A program made the translations under genes and the position numbers. The notes under the pieces were generated by a model. The model was not told the origin of the DNA, ran no database searches, and saw only the letters and a list, made by a program, of their open reading frames with translations. DNA of 51,472 nucleotides, filler included, from Sphacelaria rigidula (lineage: Eukaryota): the NCBI GenBank assembly GCA_964200075.2. It is 4 parts of 4 records of this genome, joined end to end, with 100 filler letters (N's around TTAATTAATTAA, not from the genome) between each part and the next. Parts side by side here need not be neighbours in the genome. Positions count along the whole stretch, not along the records: positions 1 to 12,794 come from CAXNAA020003412.1; 3 more parts are not named here. One strand, 5' to 3'. Shown here one piece after another: positions 1-12,794 of the stretch (positions within the stretch are counted from its first letter, which is position 1; each line of letters opens with the position of its first letter).

Positions 1-129
1 CCCCCCCGCCGGAGACGTGGGTGAGCAAGAAAGCATCTACTGCAGCCATGAAAAGGACAAGGCCCCCCCCCCCCCCCCCCTTTCCTCTCTTCCCTGCTCC
101 ATGTATGTACTGCACAAATGATGCTGCAG

Positions 130-2205
130 ATCAAGAAGGAGCTTCGAAGTAGTCCAGGCGTACCTCCATCGATTTCTGAAGCACTACTCAGAGCTCATCA
201 TGATGACCCCTGAGCTGAGGCAGGCATCCAAGGCTCTCCGAGATGAGCAGGTGAGCTACAATGATTACTCACCATCTCAGCAAGTGAGGTGTCTTGCGCG
301 TGCTGTCGTGTTGCCCTCTGTTTCGGCAGGGGTGTTACCTTTCCTGTGGTCATTTTTTTCATACATGTCATAGATTGCCCTGTGCCCAGGGCGCTTCCAA
401 TTTCAATTTATTTCGGTGTTTGTGACGTTGCGGTCTTGGATTGCGGCGGTGAAACCGGAGTGGTCTCGGCTGGGCCCTTCTACTCTAAAATGAAGGTCTG
501 CCGCACGCACCCGGGGTATGGTGATGTGTCGTTGCACGGAATCGTGAAGTTGTATTGAAGCACAAATCGCATTCGTGTTATCGCCGTCGCCCTACATTCG
601 CAAGGGTCCGCAGCAAGCCGACGCTGAGACGTGAGCCGTTCCCCGGCAAATTCCTGCTAAGTTGTCCCGCACCAGTCCCAGCCACTACCATGCCTGTTTT
701 CAATTGCACGTACGGGACTTGCTTCCCGGTATGTCATAGACTACAAGCTGCTGTTTCTCGGGCAGACAGGAGACAACGTCAAGCGTCAAGCAGCTGCACG
801 CCGGGCCGAGGAGCCCCACATCGGGAAAAGACGGTACCACTCCCCGGGTCGCCCAAACCTCATTCCGGGGCCGTAGGGAGGGGGGGGGGGACCCCGGGGT
901 ACCCTATTTGAGGAGGAGGGGTACCCCTGATCGATGGATGATGGCATTAATAGTTGCTATGTGTGCGCGCTTCGGTCTTAGAAAACATGTCCATGTATTT
1001 GAAATATGCTGCTTGCTGCTGTGTTCGACACGGCGTACACTGCGTATCAGCCGCAGCGTGACCCCTTCGGCGGTTGCTCACTGCACAGCGGCAGGGTGCA
1101 GGGTGACAAAGCACATCGTAGGGCGTCACATCCTCAGCCTATCCCTGCCCTGCATTGATTTTTTTCGCTGTCCTCTGCAGTTCGCCACATCATGAACGCA
1201 GCCGCTTGTAGCTGCAGCCACCGTGCACGCGGGATATCACTCCTCGCTACGCGCCATATCGCTACGCTACATTTTGTAAAGCTGTCCGTGTTGAAACTGG
1301 AGCGTGCGTTTGCCCTAGGTGGTGCACGCAGGAGTAAAAAGCCGCCTCCGCCGCTGTAATGGCTGCCTACCTAGAAAAACTCCTGTGTTGGCCTTCCTCC
1401 CATGTGACCCCGGCTGTGCGCCCATATACACCGACAGGAGGAGATTGACGTCCAGAATAGATGGGACGACAACACACACGACACACTGTGGGCAATACAA
1501 TTTCAACATCGTGTTCGTAGTTACTGTAGAAATCTTTGTCCAGGGTCTGGTACATTCCCACATGTCTGTGTCGCAGCGGCGCAATGTCTGGATCAATCAA
1601 ACCTGTTTTTTGACCCACCTGCTACTGATATCTCTCATCTGATTGAAGAAAGGTCGCCGCATTTTGGTGTAATTAGAGACTCTGATTGGTCGAGAAATTT
1701 TGCTAATAAATCTTCCCCTATCTGTGGGCTCAGTGTCCCCCCTATCGTAGCATGACACCAAGGCCGTATGGTCCAAAGCACTCTTTTGAAGTTCATCTCT
1801 TCAAATTATTGAAGTCTACATGTTTTGAAGCGTCGATATTTTCGCTGTCTAAAGCATATTTCAAAAGGGTCAAAGTATCCTGACACCAATATGTTTTTGT
1901 GAGGAACGAAGGTTCACATAGTTGATTCCAATCTAAGCCCCATGTGAACCCTCTAGCTTCCTCTTGAAGTAGTTGGGTGTGAAGCAAAAGTTGTTACTCA
2001 AAATTGGAACTGAGAGCTCATTCTTACGTCCTCTTTTCCCTCTCATCCCTGCTCGTTGCTGTTGTTTTGTCTGTCCTTGGTTATTTTACTTCTTGTCTCG
2101 TCTGTGCGCTTGTCCCGTTTGCTACAGGAGGAAAGCTCGCGAAGAATAAAGCAGCTGGTACAGCATAGTTTGTGCCTTGTGTCGTACTTGAGCAACCTGT
2201 CGTAG
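130..2205 (+). CDS. UTP21: WDR36/UTP21 (SSU processome, U3 snoRNP-associated), last two exons: join(130..250,2128..2205); 5' part lies off-contig
   Basis: Exon 130-250 lies between a polypyrimidine...cag acceptor and a CAG|gtgagc donor. Exon 2128-2205 follows ttgtcccgtttgctacag and ends TAG. Spliced in phase 0: SRRSFEVVQAYLHRFLKHYSELIMMTPELRQASKALRDEQ|EESSRRIKQLVQHSLCLVSYLSNLS*. This matches the recalled Utp21 C-terminal pattern (FElxQAYLxxFLKxH...LxxLxxxSxCxxxY). Confidence 0.85.
1374..1487 (+). mobile_element. 5'-truncated copy (3' tail only) of SINE family 1, in the UTP21 intron
   Basis: aaaactcctgtgttggccttcctcc...gaccccggctg.gcgccc...ccagaatagatgggacgacaacacacac is shared with 39685-39790, 43985-44095 and (reverse) 45747-45850. 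Confidence 0.7.
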
Positions 2206-2916
2206 ACGGGTCGATATTGTGCTATTCCCAAAGATGGCGTATTTTAGTGTCGGGTGTACCGCTTGTAAAGGTGGTGTATATTCGTGCAGTGTTTGACCAG
2301 CTTCTGGACATGCTCGTTCGCCGGTACCAAACGGGCGAAATATATACATGTTCCCGCATTTGTTTGTGCGGTGCGTTGCTCCTCCTAGCCGAACGTCGTA
2401 CAAATTACCCAGCAAGCTGAGATCTATTTGGTGGCAGGGTAGATCGGCAGGCGACCCTTGGGGTGAATCTTTGTTCCTGGCCGCAGGACAGTCCAGCGGT
2501 GCATCAAGCATGGACAACGTTTCTGAACTCGCTCTGTGCTTTCAGTAGATTCCAATCAACATGCGGTGGTCGAAAACAGACTTCGCACACGCGCGGATCT
2601 CTTCATGTTGCATCAACACGAGGTGGGTTCGCTTCTGTTTCTTGTTCCACGATTGAAGACGCCGTTGCTCTTCAGAGGAGCTGCAGCAAGTACGCCCTCG
2701 ACACAGCTGCCATGGACTCGTGAGCACGTTGTAGATTGTTACTGCTGCTATCACCATCTCTCGATGGATCCAAATAAATATACAATGTCTTTACACTGGC
2801 TCGGTAGCTGCACGACCATAAACTAATGTGGCACAGTCCTTACCTATACATTGGAATGTTACTACAACCATCCTCACCCCAAGGTCCGCTAGATAACCGT
2901 TGCCACTGTTGTGCAA

Positions 2917-5900
2917 CTACATACATGCAGTTGCCCTTGCGGTTGCAACATTTAATGACTTTTGAGCCAATCGCGATACATGGGCGATGCCTTTTCCTAT
3001 GTCGGGATGCACATTATCCCTTCTTTCGCACAAGCATGCCTTCTCAAACAACGCGCAAGCCCTAGAAACCCGTGCCGTCTCTGGCACGAACCCAACTTGT
3101 GACTTCTCGCCACCGAGTTTTGATGCGTCGGGCTGCGAGCCCTCACCAGGTGCCGAGATATATTCAAGCACGGCGGCCCCCATGGCAAGAGATGCTGTCA
3201 CGCCCCCATACGCCCCTGGCAACCATGTCACGCTGGGAGATTTTTCCAACAACCCAGTAAGGCCCTCCACGATTTCCGCCAAATTCAACAGTACGCCTTG
3301 GATACCTTCCATAACAACATCCGGCAGGAGTCCTTGCGTTCTGCGCGCACCAAGCGCTACAAGCGCACGGCTCAGGTATGGCGCTGCAACACGGGCATAC
3401 AACCAAGGCTCTTCGAAGTGTGTGCGATCTTCTCTGCCGAAAATCTCTTCCCCATCACCCCCGGAGTTTCCACCATAGGCAACATCATCGACATCTGGCA
3501 TCATGCCTCCAAGGTTTTGAACATCACTGTTGGTGCTCCTGTCCTTTTCACCCCCTACACCAGGCAAACCTGCCCCCTCTAGCAGTTCTTCTAAGCTAAT
3601 CCCTGGGATGTCAGAAAACGTGCGCAGTAACGCTAGAACAACAACTTCTGCTGCGCTATCCCTAGCCCTTTCTCCGTCGTTTATATCCGTTTCTGCTAGT
3701 GATACCAATCTCTTGAGCACTGACTGCACCTGGCCGAGGGCTTGGCAGTCACTTGCTAGCGGAGATATACGCGTAGATCCGCTTTTCCCGCTTATTGTCC
3801 CTCCAGCTTGGGCAGAGGTGCGTGGGTGTTCTTCTCCCCCCGCAGTGGAGCAAGTGCGTGCTGCACAGGCACGCACCCTTTCGTCATGATCTTGCATCAA
3901 AGATAACAACACGAACCATGCTCGAACGAAACTAGCAAGAGATGCCTCCCCAGCAACAGGCCAATCATGGTGTAGCAGGAGCAGTCCTGAACTTGAAAGC
4001 GATTGAACCGCCGCGACGCGTGTGGATATTGGCTGGCCTGGACTGGCTGCATCTTCGAGCAACCTTACATATGCACCGACATTCATAGCACCGGAAGCAC
4101 CACTGCTGCCGAGCCTGCTTGTTGCCATGTTATCCTTGCCCACAAGCCTCATCACCCCGCCTCGATTAAGGCGCACGACGATGCCAAGTACTTCCAGCGC
4201 ACCCGCGTGAATGTCGCCCGCTCCGGTCCCTATCCCTATGGTATCATCACAGAGCAGGCATAAGTGATCCCACAGTGGAGGAGCAGGCTTCAGCTTGGGC
4301 AAGCAGGAATCATCACCTCTCAGCCACAAGCCCGCGCGCGAAAGTAAACGCAGCAGCCTCCGAATGTTGGGCGGGTGGGTCTCAGAGGTGAGGGCTTGCG
4401 CCGCGGCTACCCACAGCTCAAGCATTGCGGTCTCACGCAACTGTAGCTTGGTCGCTTGCGCTTTTTTCGTGTCGCACGTGCTGCGGCGCAACGATCGTGA
4501 CCCGAACCATTTTTTCGACGCCTTTATCGCAGCGTCTCGGACGTCGACATCTGCATGCGACAGAAGATTCACAACGAATCGCAGTGAGGCCCTCTCTATT
4601 CCCTCAGAGAAGTCATCATCATCATCTGCACCCGCCTGCCCCTCTTTGCCGTCCCGAACTCTGCGTCGATTAGCCCTCTCTGTCTCGAGAACTCCTTCGC
4701 TTTCCCCAAGAAATGCAGCATCTAGGCGCTGGCGAACCCCAACGTCAACAACGAATGATGCAAGCAATGACTGCCCCGGTACAAGCCGTCCTGTCGCCCC
4801 TGGCCTGATCGCCTCCTCGAGGTTGGATTCTCGTGCCTTGCGCAAAGCAGACCGAATAGAGCGGCGAGATTCACAACTTGCATTTTTCACCGGTGGGTCC
4901 TCCGAGGTAGATTGATACACGCGCTGAAGCCAGTCGTCGAGTGCCTCCAACACAGATAGCATGACGAGTCGAATGGGCGGGCACGGCAGACACGCGGGGT
5001 CTGCTAGCCAGATGCATTCATACGCCGCAGCTGCTATGCGTTCAGCTATCGCACCAGGTGATTGATGAGCAGTGAGGTGTGGCTCGGTCGTAGGTGCAGC
5101 TGGTTTGGACGGATGCTGTGGGATGGGACTACCACTGTGCGGCTCATCATTTTCGAGGAGACGGATCTGAGCGCTGTTAGGTTGAGGTGCCACCTGTGAC
5201 GATTTGATAAGCTCCAAGGCTTGTAGTAATGTCCCTGCAACCAGGTGAAGAGCATGTAGTAAGATTTGAGATGATACAGTACCCGAGCAAGTTCTTACAA
5301 CTGACCCGTGGAACTGTTTGAGACGTCGACACTTCAGCTGGACTCCAATACGTTAACCCCAGACCAGAAGCAACGCGCGCATCCACACCGTGATATTTTC
5401 ATGCCCCGTACATCAGCTCAGTTTTTCGGTGCGACTGGCATGCGAAGGAGCCGTACAGCACACGTGGATACGTGTAACACGTTTGGCGTACGCAAGCCTC
5501 GGATCAAGTCTTGAAAATTGAGAGCTATTATAATAAAGTCAGGAGCACTGCAGTACAAGTCAAAAGCACGTCAACACATCATTTACACCCTGGGGAGGCG
5601 CAAGAACAGATTGAGTAATCTGGCCGCTCACCATGTACTTTGTTGTGAGATGCCGTGCCATCCTCCAAGTTCCTCAGACCCGTTGAATCTCGGGGCAACC
5701 GCCTCAAAAGATCTAAAATCAAGCCAGGCGACTCCGCAGGCGACACGATTGCCGCCAGAGCACGAGCACTTGCAGCCCTCGCCGAAAAATGAGGATTGCC
5801 GCCGCATGTAGTTACGAGAGGCACAAATGCTGCAATCGTCTGTCTATCGTATCCACTTGTTTTTGGAGAAGCACTGGCGGCTGTGGTGGTGTTCCCGAGG

Positions 5901-8900
5901 CCCGCTTCCGCGGCATGCTGTGCTCGAGCAGAATAGCGATTAGGTGACATCACCGGGAGGTACGGGGGGAAAAGTAGGAGCACCAGGGCGATGCATTTAC
6001 TCGAAGTTTCAGAAAATAATGCGCGTGTCTCAGCACGTAGTCCATGCATTGTGGACAATCACGATGCATACAGGCTGGTTCACCGTTATCACCATGAAAA
6101 TATTCATCTGCAAAACTTCACGCCGTGTTTTCAAGTAAGATCTTGAAATTTTGCACGAATGTACTACGGGTTATTACAAAGCTTTCGATGACCGAGGGTT
6201 TGTTTATCACTCTTAGATTTTTTTCACCGGTCTTGGGGAGTTCCAGGTTTTTCGAGGACTTTTTCTCGGGAACTTTGGACCTCGTGGGACCCTCGAAAAC
6301 CGGTGAAAGATGCTAAGAGTGAACAAAACTCGCTCATCGAAAGTATTGCAATGACCTACAGTACGGGCATGTGTGCAAAAAAGCCGTTGTTCCCCAGGTG
6401 AAGAATGAAATATGATACAGAGAGGAGGAGAGTTTCCTGGTCAAACTCCTGAAAACGGCGTCAAATTTTGAGATGAAGTGGGCTTGACACGTGCAAACTC
6501 CCAACCATTTGATTTTAGTATCAAAACATCTTTTTGAGGTATTTGAGGAAAGTTGCACAGAGTCTTCGAATTTTGCAACCAAACTTTGTACGCATATTCC
6601 TTGAACTACCCGGGACGCATAGTCATAGGCTTTTAATTTTTAGGCATTATGTACCACCTTCCGGGGGTCTTCACGCTGGGACCCCGCAAGCCGGTGAAGA
6701 GCGGAGAAACTTGAAAATATTGCCAACGATACTTTCTTCCTCGTATGAAGCACCAATACCTACAGAACTACCAAAGTTGAGGCTGATCTGAGTTTTCTAC
6801 AAGAGATATAAGGGCAACTTTTTTGTTTTTTCGTGCGTCTCATTAGGTCATCGGCGGAAATCCGACGACGCCAAAAACTCACGTCACCGAAATACAGTAC
6901 CACGGTTTAGGGTATAACTCGATCCCGTAGTAACCGTTTCTAAATAGGCATTTTTATGTTGGATTTTAGAGCTGCTGGCGATTACTACGGTTTAAAGAAT
7001 GTGGTTGGATGGAAATGGTGTTGAGAACTCGTGTTCTCAATTTCAGAACAGTTTGAATGGCGGTAATCGGCCGAGGTACCTTTTCGCTCTTAGCTTCACC
7101 GCTATGGTATTAAAACACAAATCCGGCTATATCACCCTCTTCGTCTGTAAATTGCGGTCAGTATGACTAATGTGCGGAAATAATAATAATAATAATAATG
7201 ATACCATGTACAGGTAGGTATTGCGGGATGCATTTGCTGATGGCACACTTTTTCGGGAATGAGCGTGAAGCAGCCTGTAGTTCACGTAGAACACAACCCG
7301 GCCATTCCACTGCATTCTACGCAAACGTGTTGATACCATTATCAACAGTAACGGCAGCGTCAGAAAAATTACCGACAACACGGAACGCTTTGCATGCCCG
7401 TCTAACAAGATGCATGGCTCAGATGACGTTGCAGCGTCAATTGTCCAACACTGGACAACCGCGACACGGGGTCTTGTCGTACGAGACGGACGAGATTTTT
7501 TCTCGAGGTAGTCCTGACGCAGATAGCTCGAGATAGATCACGACTGGTACCCACTTTGTTCGTTGGACCCTGCGACTCTGTTCGATGACTACAGCAAGCT
7601 CGCAAGTGTTTATTTAACGTTATGTTATGGTTACGGCAAGAGATGACAAAAAGCACAGCGGTCCCACAAACGGAGGCATCATATTCGGACAACGGTACTG
7701 GCGTACCTCACCTCAGTCTCGACATCTTCCAAAACGGCCTCTCCGCTGCCGCGAAGCCTGGCCAGCAGCAACAAAATCGGGTACAGCACAGGGTGCATCT
7801 CGGCTCGGTTGCGTGCCCCCCTGACCTCCTCTGGTCCATCTCCTGATCCGCCACTCGCACATATAGTTGTGTGCGAGGCAGCCCCTTCCAATTTCTCGAG
7901 TAGGAAGGGGTGGAGCCTGGTGAACCATTAATGAAACAAATATCAAAAAAAGAATCGACATTATCACCGCGAATGTACATGAGCTATGCTTCAATCGGGG
8001 GCAGGTCGAAAAATCGGGAGTCTTCACCAGATTAGATAGTGACACAAAGTAAACGGTCGGCAGCAAAGCTTGGGGCAAATTGCGTACATGTACCACACAT
8101 GCTTGGGGCATGAAAAAGTATCACCCATTACACTTGGGTATTGGAAAAAACGTAGGCGCACTCTCTTGTTCAAAATATTTTCATTTCTAGGGGGTGTTGC
8201 TGAAACGCAGAATAACAGCACGTCGTTGCCTACAAATCTACTTCATATGGATGCTCTGGGATGCAGGTGACTGAGGTGCATACCCTGGACAATATAATAC
8301 ACGGTCGAAAAAATGTACTGCGTACAGTATGGAATCTATTGTCAATTGCTCCATACTGTATGCAGTACATTTTTCGACCGTGTATTCTATTGTCCAGGGT
8401 ATGCTGAGGTGACTTGAGGGGTGCCCTGGGTCACGAGCTGCCAGTGCTTTCAGCGTTGAGCAAACGGCCCTCGAAACAGGACGGTACAAACAACAAAAAT
8501 CAAACTGAGAAAAGAACATCACCCTGAGTAAAACACCAAGAATTTCAATGTTTCCTCGGGGGGAGGGGGGGGAAGATAAAAATTGCGCGTCCACACTATT
8601 TTCAACACATTTCTACACACGGTCGAAGTAAACGTGCATATTTCAGCGACATGTTCTCTTGGACGGCCGGAGCACTCAACAACTGCGTGCTCCGCCTTCT
8701 CTGACAAATCCCAGCTAGTGGTGATTCAACACCGATCCGGGGGCGCTCGCCTAACTTAGTGTAGCAACGAAGTGGGTGTTTCGCAAAACTGTACTAAGAA
8801 ACTCACAAGTGCAATTGGTTTGCCCACTGCATCTCATGGTTAATGTCGTTCTGGTGTTATTAATAGCGTGGGGCCAAGGTTTGTGATATGTGAAAGCACT

Positions 8901-11900
8901 ATCTTCGTCGCGAAAGTGGACACTAAATAAATGCTCGTACATTTGGTTCTAAGGTGGCATCGGCTGAACGCCTGGACTGTGAGCAATGTATTCATTCTGT
9001 GTGTAGTTCCCGAACGAGGATCATGGCAACAGGATCCAAACAACAAAAGGTGACAGTACCTGGCATGTTGCTGGAAAAAGGCCTGCGCAGTGACAGCGTC
9101 GCGCGCCGAGTGAGGCCGCCTCGTTCCATCTGTATTGCACGAGCGGATACGAGCAGATACCAAGAAGAGTGCGTTATTGTTGACCGGCGATTCACTCTGA
9201 ATCACGGGGCAGAACCCACGGTATCTCAGAATCTATGTAACATGCGATTTAACTTTTTGAGTCGCTGGCGCACGTACACAGCGACAGCTACACGAACAAC
9301 GTCAACTAGACGCTTCCCTTTGGTTAATATTCTCACATCTAGCGGAGATCAAAGATCCCAATTTACGTAAGTATTTCTATCTCACGAGTTGACCGAGTTA
9401 CTGCCCGGCCGCTACGGGGGGGCACACCGGGTCCAGGCAGGGCGCACAGCATATGGATGCACGATCTAGGTACGCTCACCAGTAGATGGCATAGCCGCGT
9501 TCTTTGCCCCACCAACTGCCCGCTGCATGATAGAAGCGAACAGCATCATCGACGAGTTGCGAACAGCCCATTCGGCGTCCTCAAACCCGCACACCGCTGA
9601 CATCAATGCCTACAACGCATCACAAGTAGGGGCGGCGCGGTGTCGCGAAAAAAACGTGAACGGAAATGCTCCTGATCTGGTCCAAGACCAAACGAGAGCT
9701 GAGGTACTTACGGTGGTGCACTCGGAATACAAGTACTCGCGGGCGTCTTCAAACACAGCGCATGGATGCTAATGTCGCGGTATATCCATCAGAAGCGATG
9801 AGTGGAGACATTTATCAACATACTGTACAAGAATATTGGGATCGTCAGCAGCACTTGGACAGGAGCATGCGGCCTAACTGCATACTCCAAAACAATATCT
9901 GGGCAATCAAGACCTGCGTGTTGATTGCGGAAGTACCGTCCATATGCAGCTGGTTTGCGGATCAACTCACCTACATGTGCACTAGTATGTATATGACGTC
10001 TTACTTTGTCGTTCTGTTCGACTTTTCCTGTTCTTTTTCTTCAGCAATCGCTTCAGTTCTGTTTTTTGTTGGGTGCGTCCATCACGTGACCACGGCTGGA
10101 TCATGACTACCTGGGGGGTCCGTTGAAGTGCGATAACCAATCAATCGAAATAAAAAAAAAGCAACATACGTGCCTCTGTAACGTATGGGCCAATGTCATC
10201 CGCCAGCGTAGAATCGATGAACACCAGTCGAAGAACGTTCAGGGCATGCACCCTTCCTCTCCAGTCGTGCGAGTGCGCGGGTGCTTGAGCCAGTGCTACC
10301 AAGCGGTGCATTCCTCGCGGCAGAAGCACAGGGGCAACGCTCCTGAAGTAGAGGGGCATGGAGAAAGAATCAGATCCGTCGCCTTTTGAAGAGCTTGCCT
10401 GATGGCGGACAAGGTGCCCAATAGCACCATATATGTGAATGTTCTGCGGTGTTTGGTCAGGGTACCTTTTGGTGTGGAGTGTGACTTCAAAACATCAACA
10501 ACGAACTCGTATCGCTCTTCACGATCGGGATGGTGACAGATTCCACGCCGCCAACCATGGGTGGCATTCCGTTGAGGTATGCCTGTCATCAACGGGGCGA
10601 GGAACACGGGTAGACTAAACTAGACTACGCATACTGTAATACGAGCTGCGTCAGCCAACACGCAGATCTGTACGTATATCTGGATTCAGCAGCGAAGTTT
10701 CGAGAATTGCGCTTGGAGATTCTGCGGGGAGCATCACAGGGGCAATACGAAAGCAACCGTTTTTGAGTCATGTTGATATATTTCTTCATGACTTAGTGGC
10801 AAAAAACAAGACTTACTTTTTCAAGATGTCCTTGACTCATGAAAGAGCAAACAAAATGGCTCAAAATGTCTGTTTTCACCATGCCCCTGCGATACTCTAT
10901 ACCAAGAGTCAAAGCGCGACTCACAATCCTGAGCTAGTAAATCCAGATTAAGTGCCTCTCCTTATAAGATGTTCGTCTTTGTACGGGATCTTATGCGCAT
11001 CATATATATCGGGGGAGATAACGATTGAGGTAAAGGTGAGGGTATCGGTCGTTCCCTTGTAACTCGGGGAATGTTCACACTGAAAACTAGCGTGATCCGC
11101 TGATTGCGTTGTGGCGGGGTTTCATGTAGAGTTTAGTAACGACATATCTTCCTCTGTCACGGGATTTATTGGTCATGGGACTTTTATCAATGAGAAAGAA
11201 CCTGGCCGGCTTGTAGAGTAGATAGGCACCTATCTGCCCCTTATTAAACAATTAGCAAGATGTGCGGGTCGTGCTCCAAGTCGTCTGCATCGAGGAGATA
11301 TTGCTGTGACAAGTTGACTCCGTTTTCAGGCTGACCTAGCTCGTACGCATTCTAGACATGCCAGACATCCTAGGCAAACGTAACGGATAAATACAATGGA
11401 TCGTGCATCAGGTGTATTACAGAGCTGTGACAACTATAGCAAGGAAAACGGCCTTGACCCTCTCAAACCTCTCTCCAACGCACGAGACCGTCCTATAGTG
11501 CATTCCTCCATAGTGAAGGGGTCGTTTCCCGATATCCTTCGAGTCGCTTGATGATCAGCAATCCACGACTGCCAACGGAATATCTATCCGCCCTAGCCCT
11601 CACCTGGGTTCTGCTCTGAGAATAGCGATGAATGCCGTCGCCAATCCCGCGCTCCGCCGCAAAACAAACTGCAGTTTCAGAACAGTTCATACAAAAACGC
11701 GACCGTACCGTTGTTACACAAAATGTATAGTCTGATGTCATCCCTGGAGCAAAAAGCCATCCCTCGCGCATTCCAACTCTGATGCCGGTGCTGACACAAG
11801 CGGTGGACCATATTCACGATCGGTATATCGGCATCACCTGCCTAGCTGTCAGAAGTTCAAACCATTGGTAGCCTGTCATAGATCTATCTGCATCTTGAAC

Positions 11901-12304
11901 GAAAACATGCTCATACTGTGCTCCTTGAATGCATCCTCTAGGCCGAGCGCTTCTCTGTTAGTCATACCTCAAAAGTACTGGCGTATGGCACGGCACATGC
12001 AACCTCCGCCGTGTTTTTTCCAACCACAGCGACTGAGCCCGTAAATATTTACCAGTGCTAGTAGCGGCAGCTTGTTCAATACCAGGGACCGATTGCCACC
12101 TTCACAAATTAATATCCACGCGAAACACACAAGAACGACACGTTATTGTAAAACCCAGCTGTTACGTAGCACCCGGCTTACCTCGTGTTCGGCCTCTGTA
12201 AGGCGCTCCAAGAGCTTGTTGAGCCACAAAGAAGGCAGAAGCGAAAGGCGTGTGTTTCTGCTTCCCGCTCGCAGCAGCTCCTCGCACACCGTCTGAAATG
12301 CCCC
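2917..12304 (-). CDS. THADA: THADA/Trm732 homologue (DUF2428 ARM-repeat partner of the tRNA 2'-O-methyltransferase Trm7/FTSJ1), 3' portion: complement(join(2917..5234,5632..5917,7712..7916,9060..9129,9480..9609,10174..10342,11604..11668,12182..12304))
   Basis: Eight exons with compatible phases. Splice sites are canonical except one GC donor. The spliced protein carries THADA motifs in the expected order: GAFQ...LPSLWL, LRRSAGL..FIAILRAEP, VHALNVLRLVF.DS.L..DIGPYV, GF....WAVRNSSMMLFAS, TAQAFF...RLHPFLLEKLE, HPVLYPILLLLARL, ARAASARALAAIV, NKVHGTLLQ. The 766-aa ORF 2917..5217 is the terminal exon. Confidence 0.92.
6071..7277. mobile_element. Non-autonomous Tc1/mariner-type element (~1.2 kb) in a THADA intron
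   Basis: TA|CAGGCTGGTTCAC... at the left end and ...GTGAAGCAGCCTG|TA at the right end (imperfect TIR, TA TSD). Internal palindrome at ~6149-6380. Related to 25789-26195. Confidence 0.7.
8283..8399. repeat. 117-bp near-perfect hairpin flanked by TA (mini-MITE or hairpin-RNA candidate)
   Basis: CCCTGGACAATATAATACACGGTCGAAAAAATGTACTGCGTACAGTATGGA pairs with its reverse complement over ~50 bp (2 mismatches, 1 bulge) around a 16-nt loop. Confidence 0.85.
10729..10897. mobile_element. Small degenerate inverted-repeat element in a THADA intron
   Basis: GAGCATCACAGGGGCA...TTTTGAGTCAT is mirrored by ATGGCTCAAAA...TGCCCCTGCGATACTC. Confidence 0.45.
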
Positions 12305-12722
12305 CTGCAACATGGTTTATTCAGGGCAAGAATGAGGGAAAAATTACTCAACAAGAGGTTCTCACCATACAGTACAGTGGCTCGAGTGTGTTTGCACGAC
12401 AGATATCAACACAGCAGCACAAGACGCAGTCGTGGAAAAACGACATTCAACGCACATATTGGTCACCGAGAGCAGTACAGCAACACAATACAGAGGTAGG
12501 TGTCGACGCTCTCTTGTGGCTATGAGTCATTTCGGCCATAATGTGATGCCGAGACTAAGCGCTTCCCCTCGACTTGCTCCACTGCGCCAACCCCATCACA
12601 CTGTTACAGTGAGGACTTCCGTTGCACGAGCTCTTGTCCATCAATAGAAAGTAAGAAAGGTTCGCATTACCATACACCGAAAACAAATGGACTGCAGTAC
12701 TTTAAAGTCAAATGGTCAAAGT

Positions 12723-12794
12723 GAGTCATCCTACGATAGGGGAGGGGGTATTTGGTCGCACGAAAAAAGAGGCTCATAAGTGTGTCAGACATCC
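12723..12794. mobile_element. Terminus of a GAG-ended TIR element, truncated by the contig end
   Basis: GAGTCATCCTACGATAGGGGAGGGGGTATTTGG, nearly identical to the start of 25538 and similar to the reverse copy ending at 1758. Confidence 0.6.

Noticed and set aside
251..2127. Intronic snoRNA in a ribosome-biogenesis host gene
   Set aside because: I found no clear RTGATGA...CTGA pair with a terminal stem, and no H/ACA double hairpin, by eye.
2987..4915. Plus-strand ORFs of 120-200 aa opposite THADA (similar ones lie opposite the WD40 exons)
   Set aside because: Antisense shadows of GC-rich coding exons, with no independent motifs.
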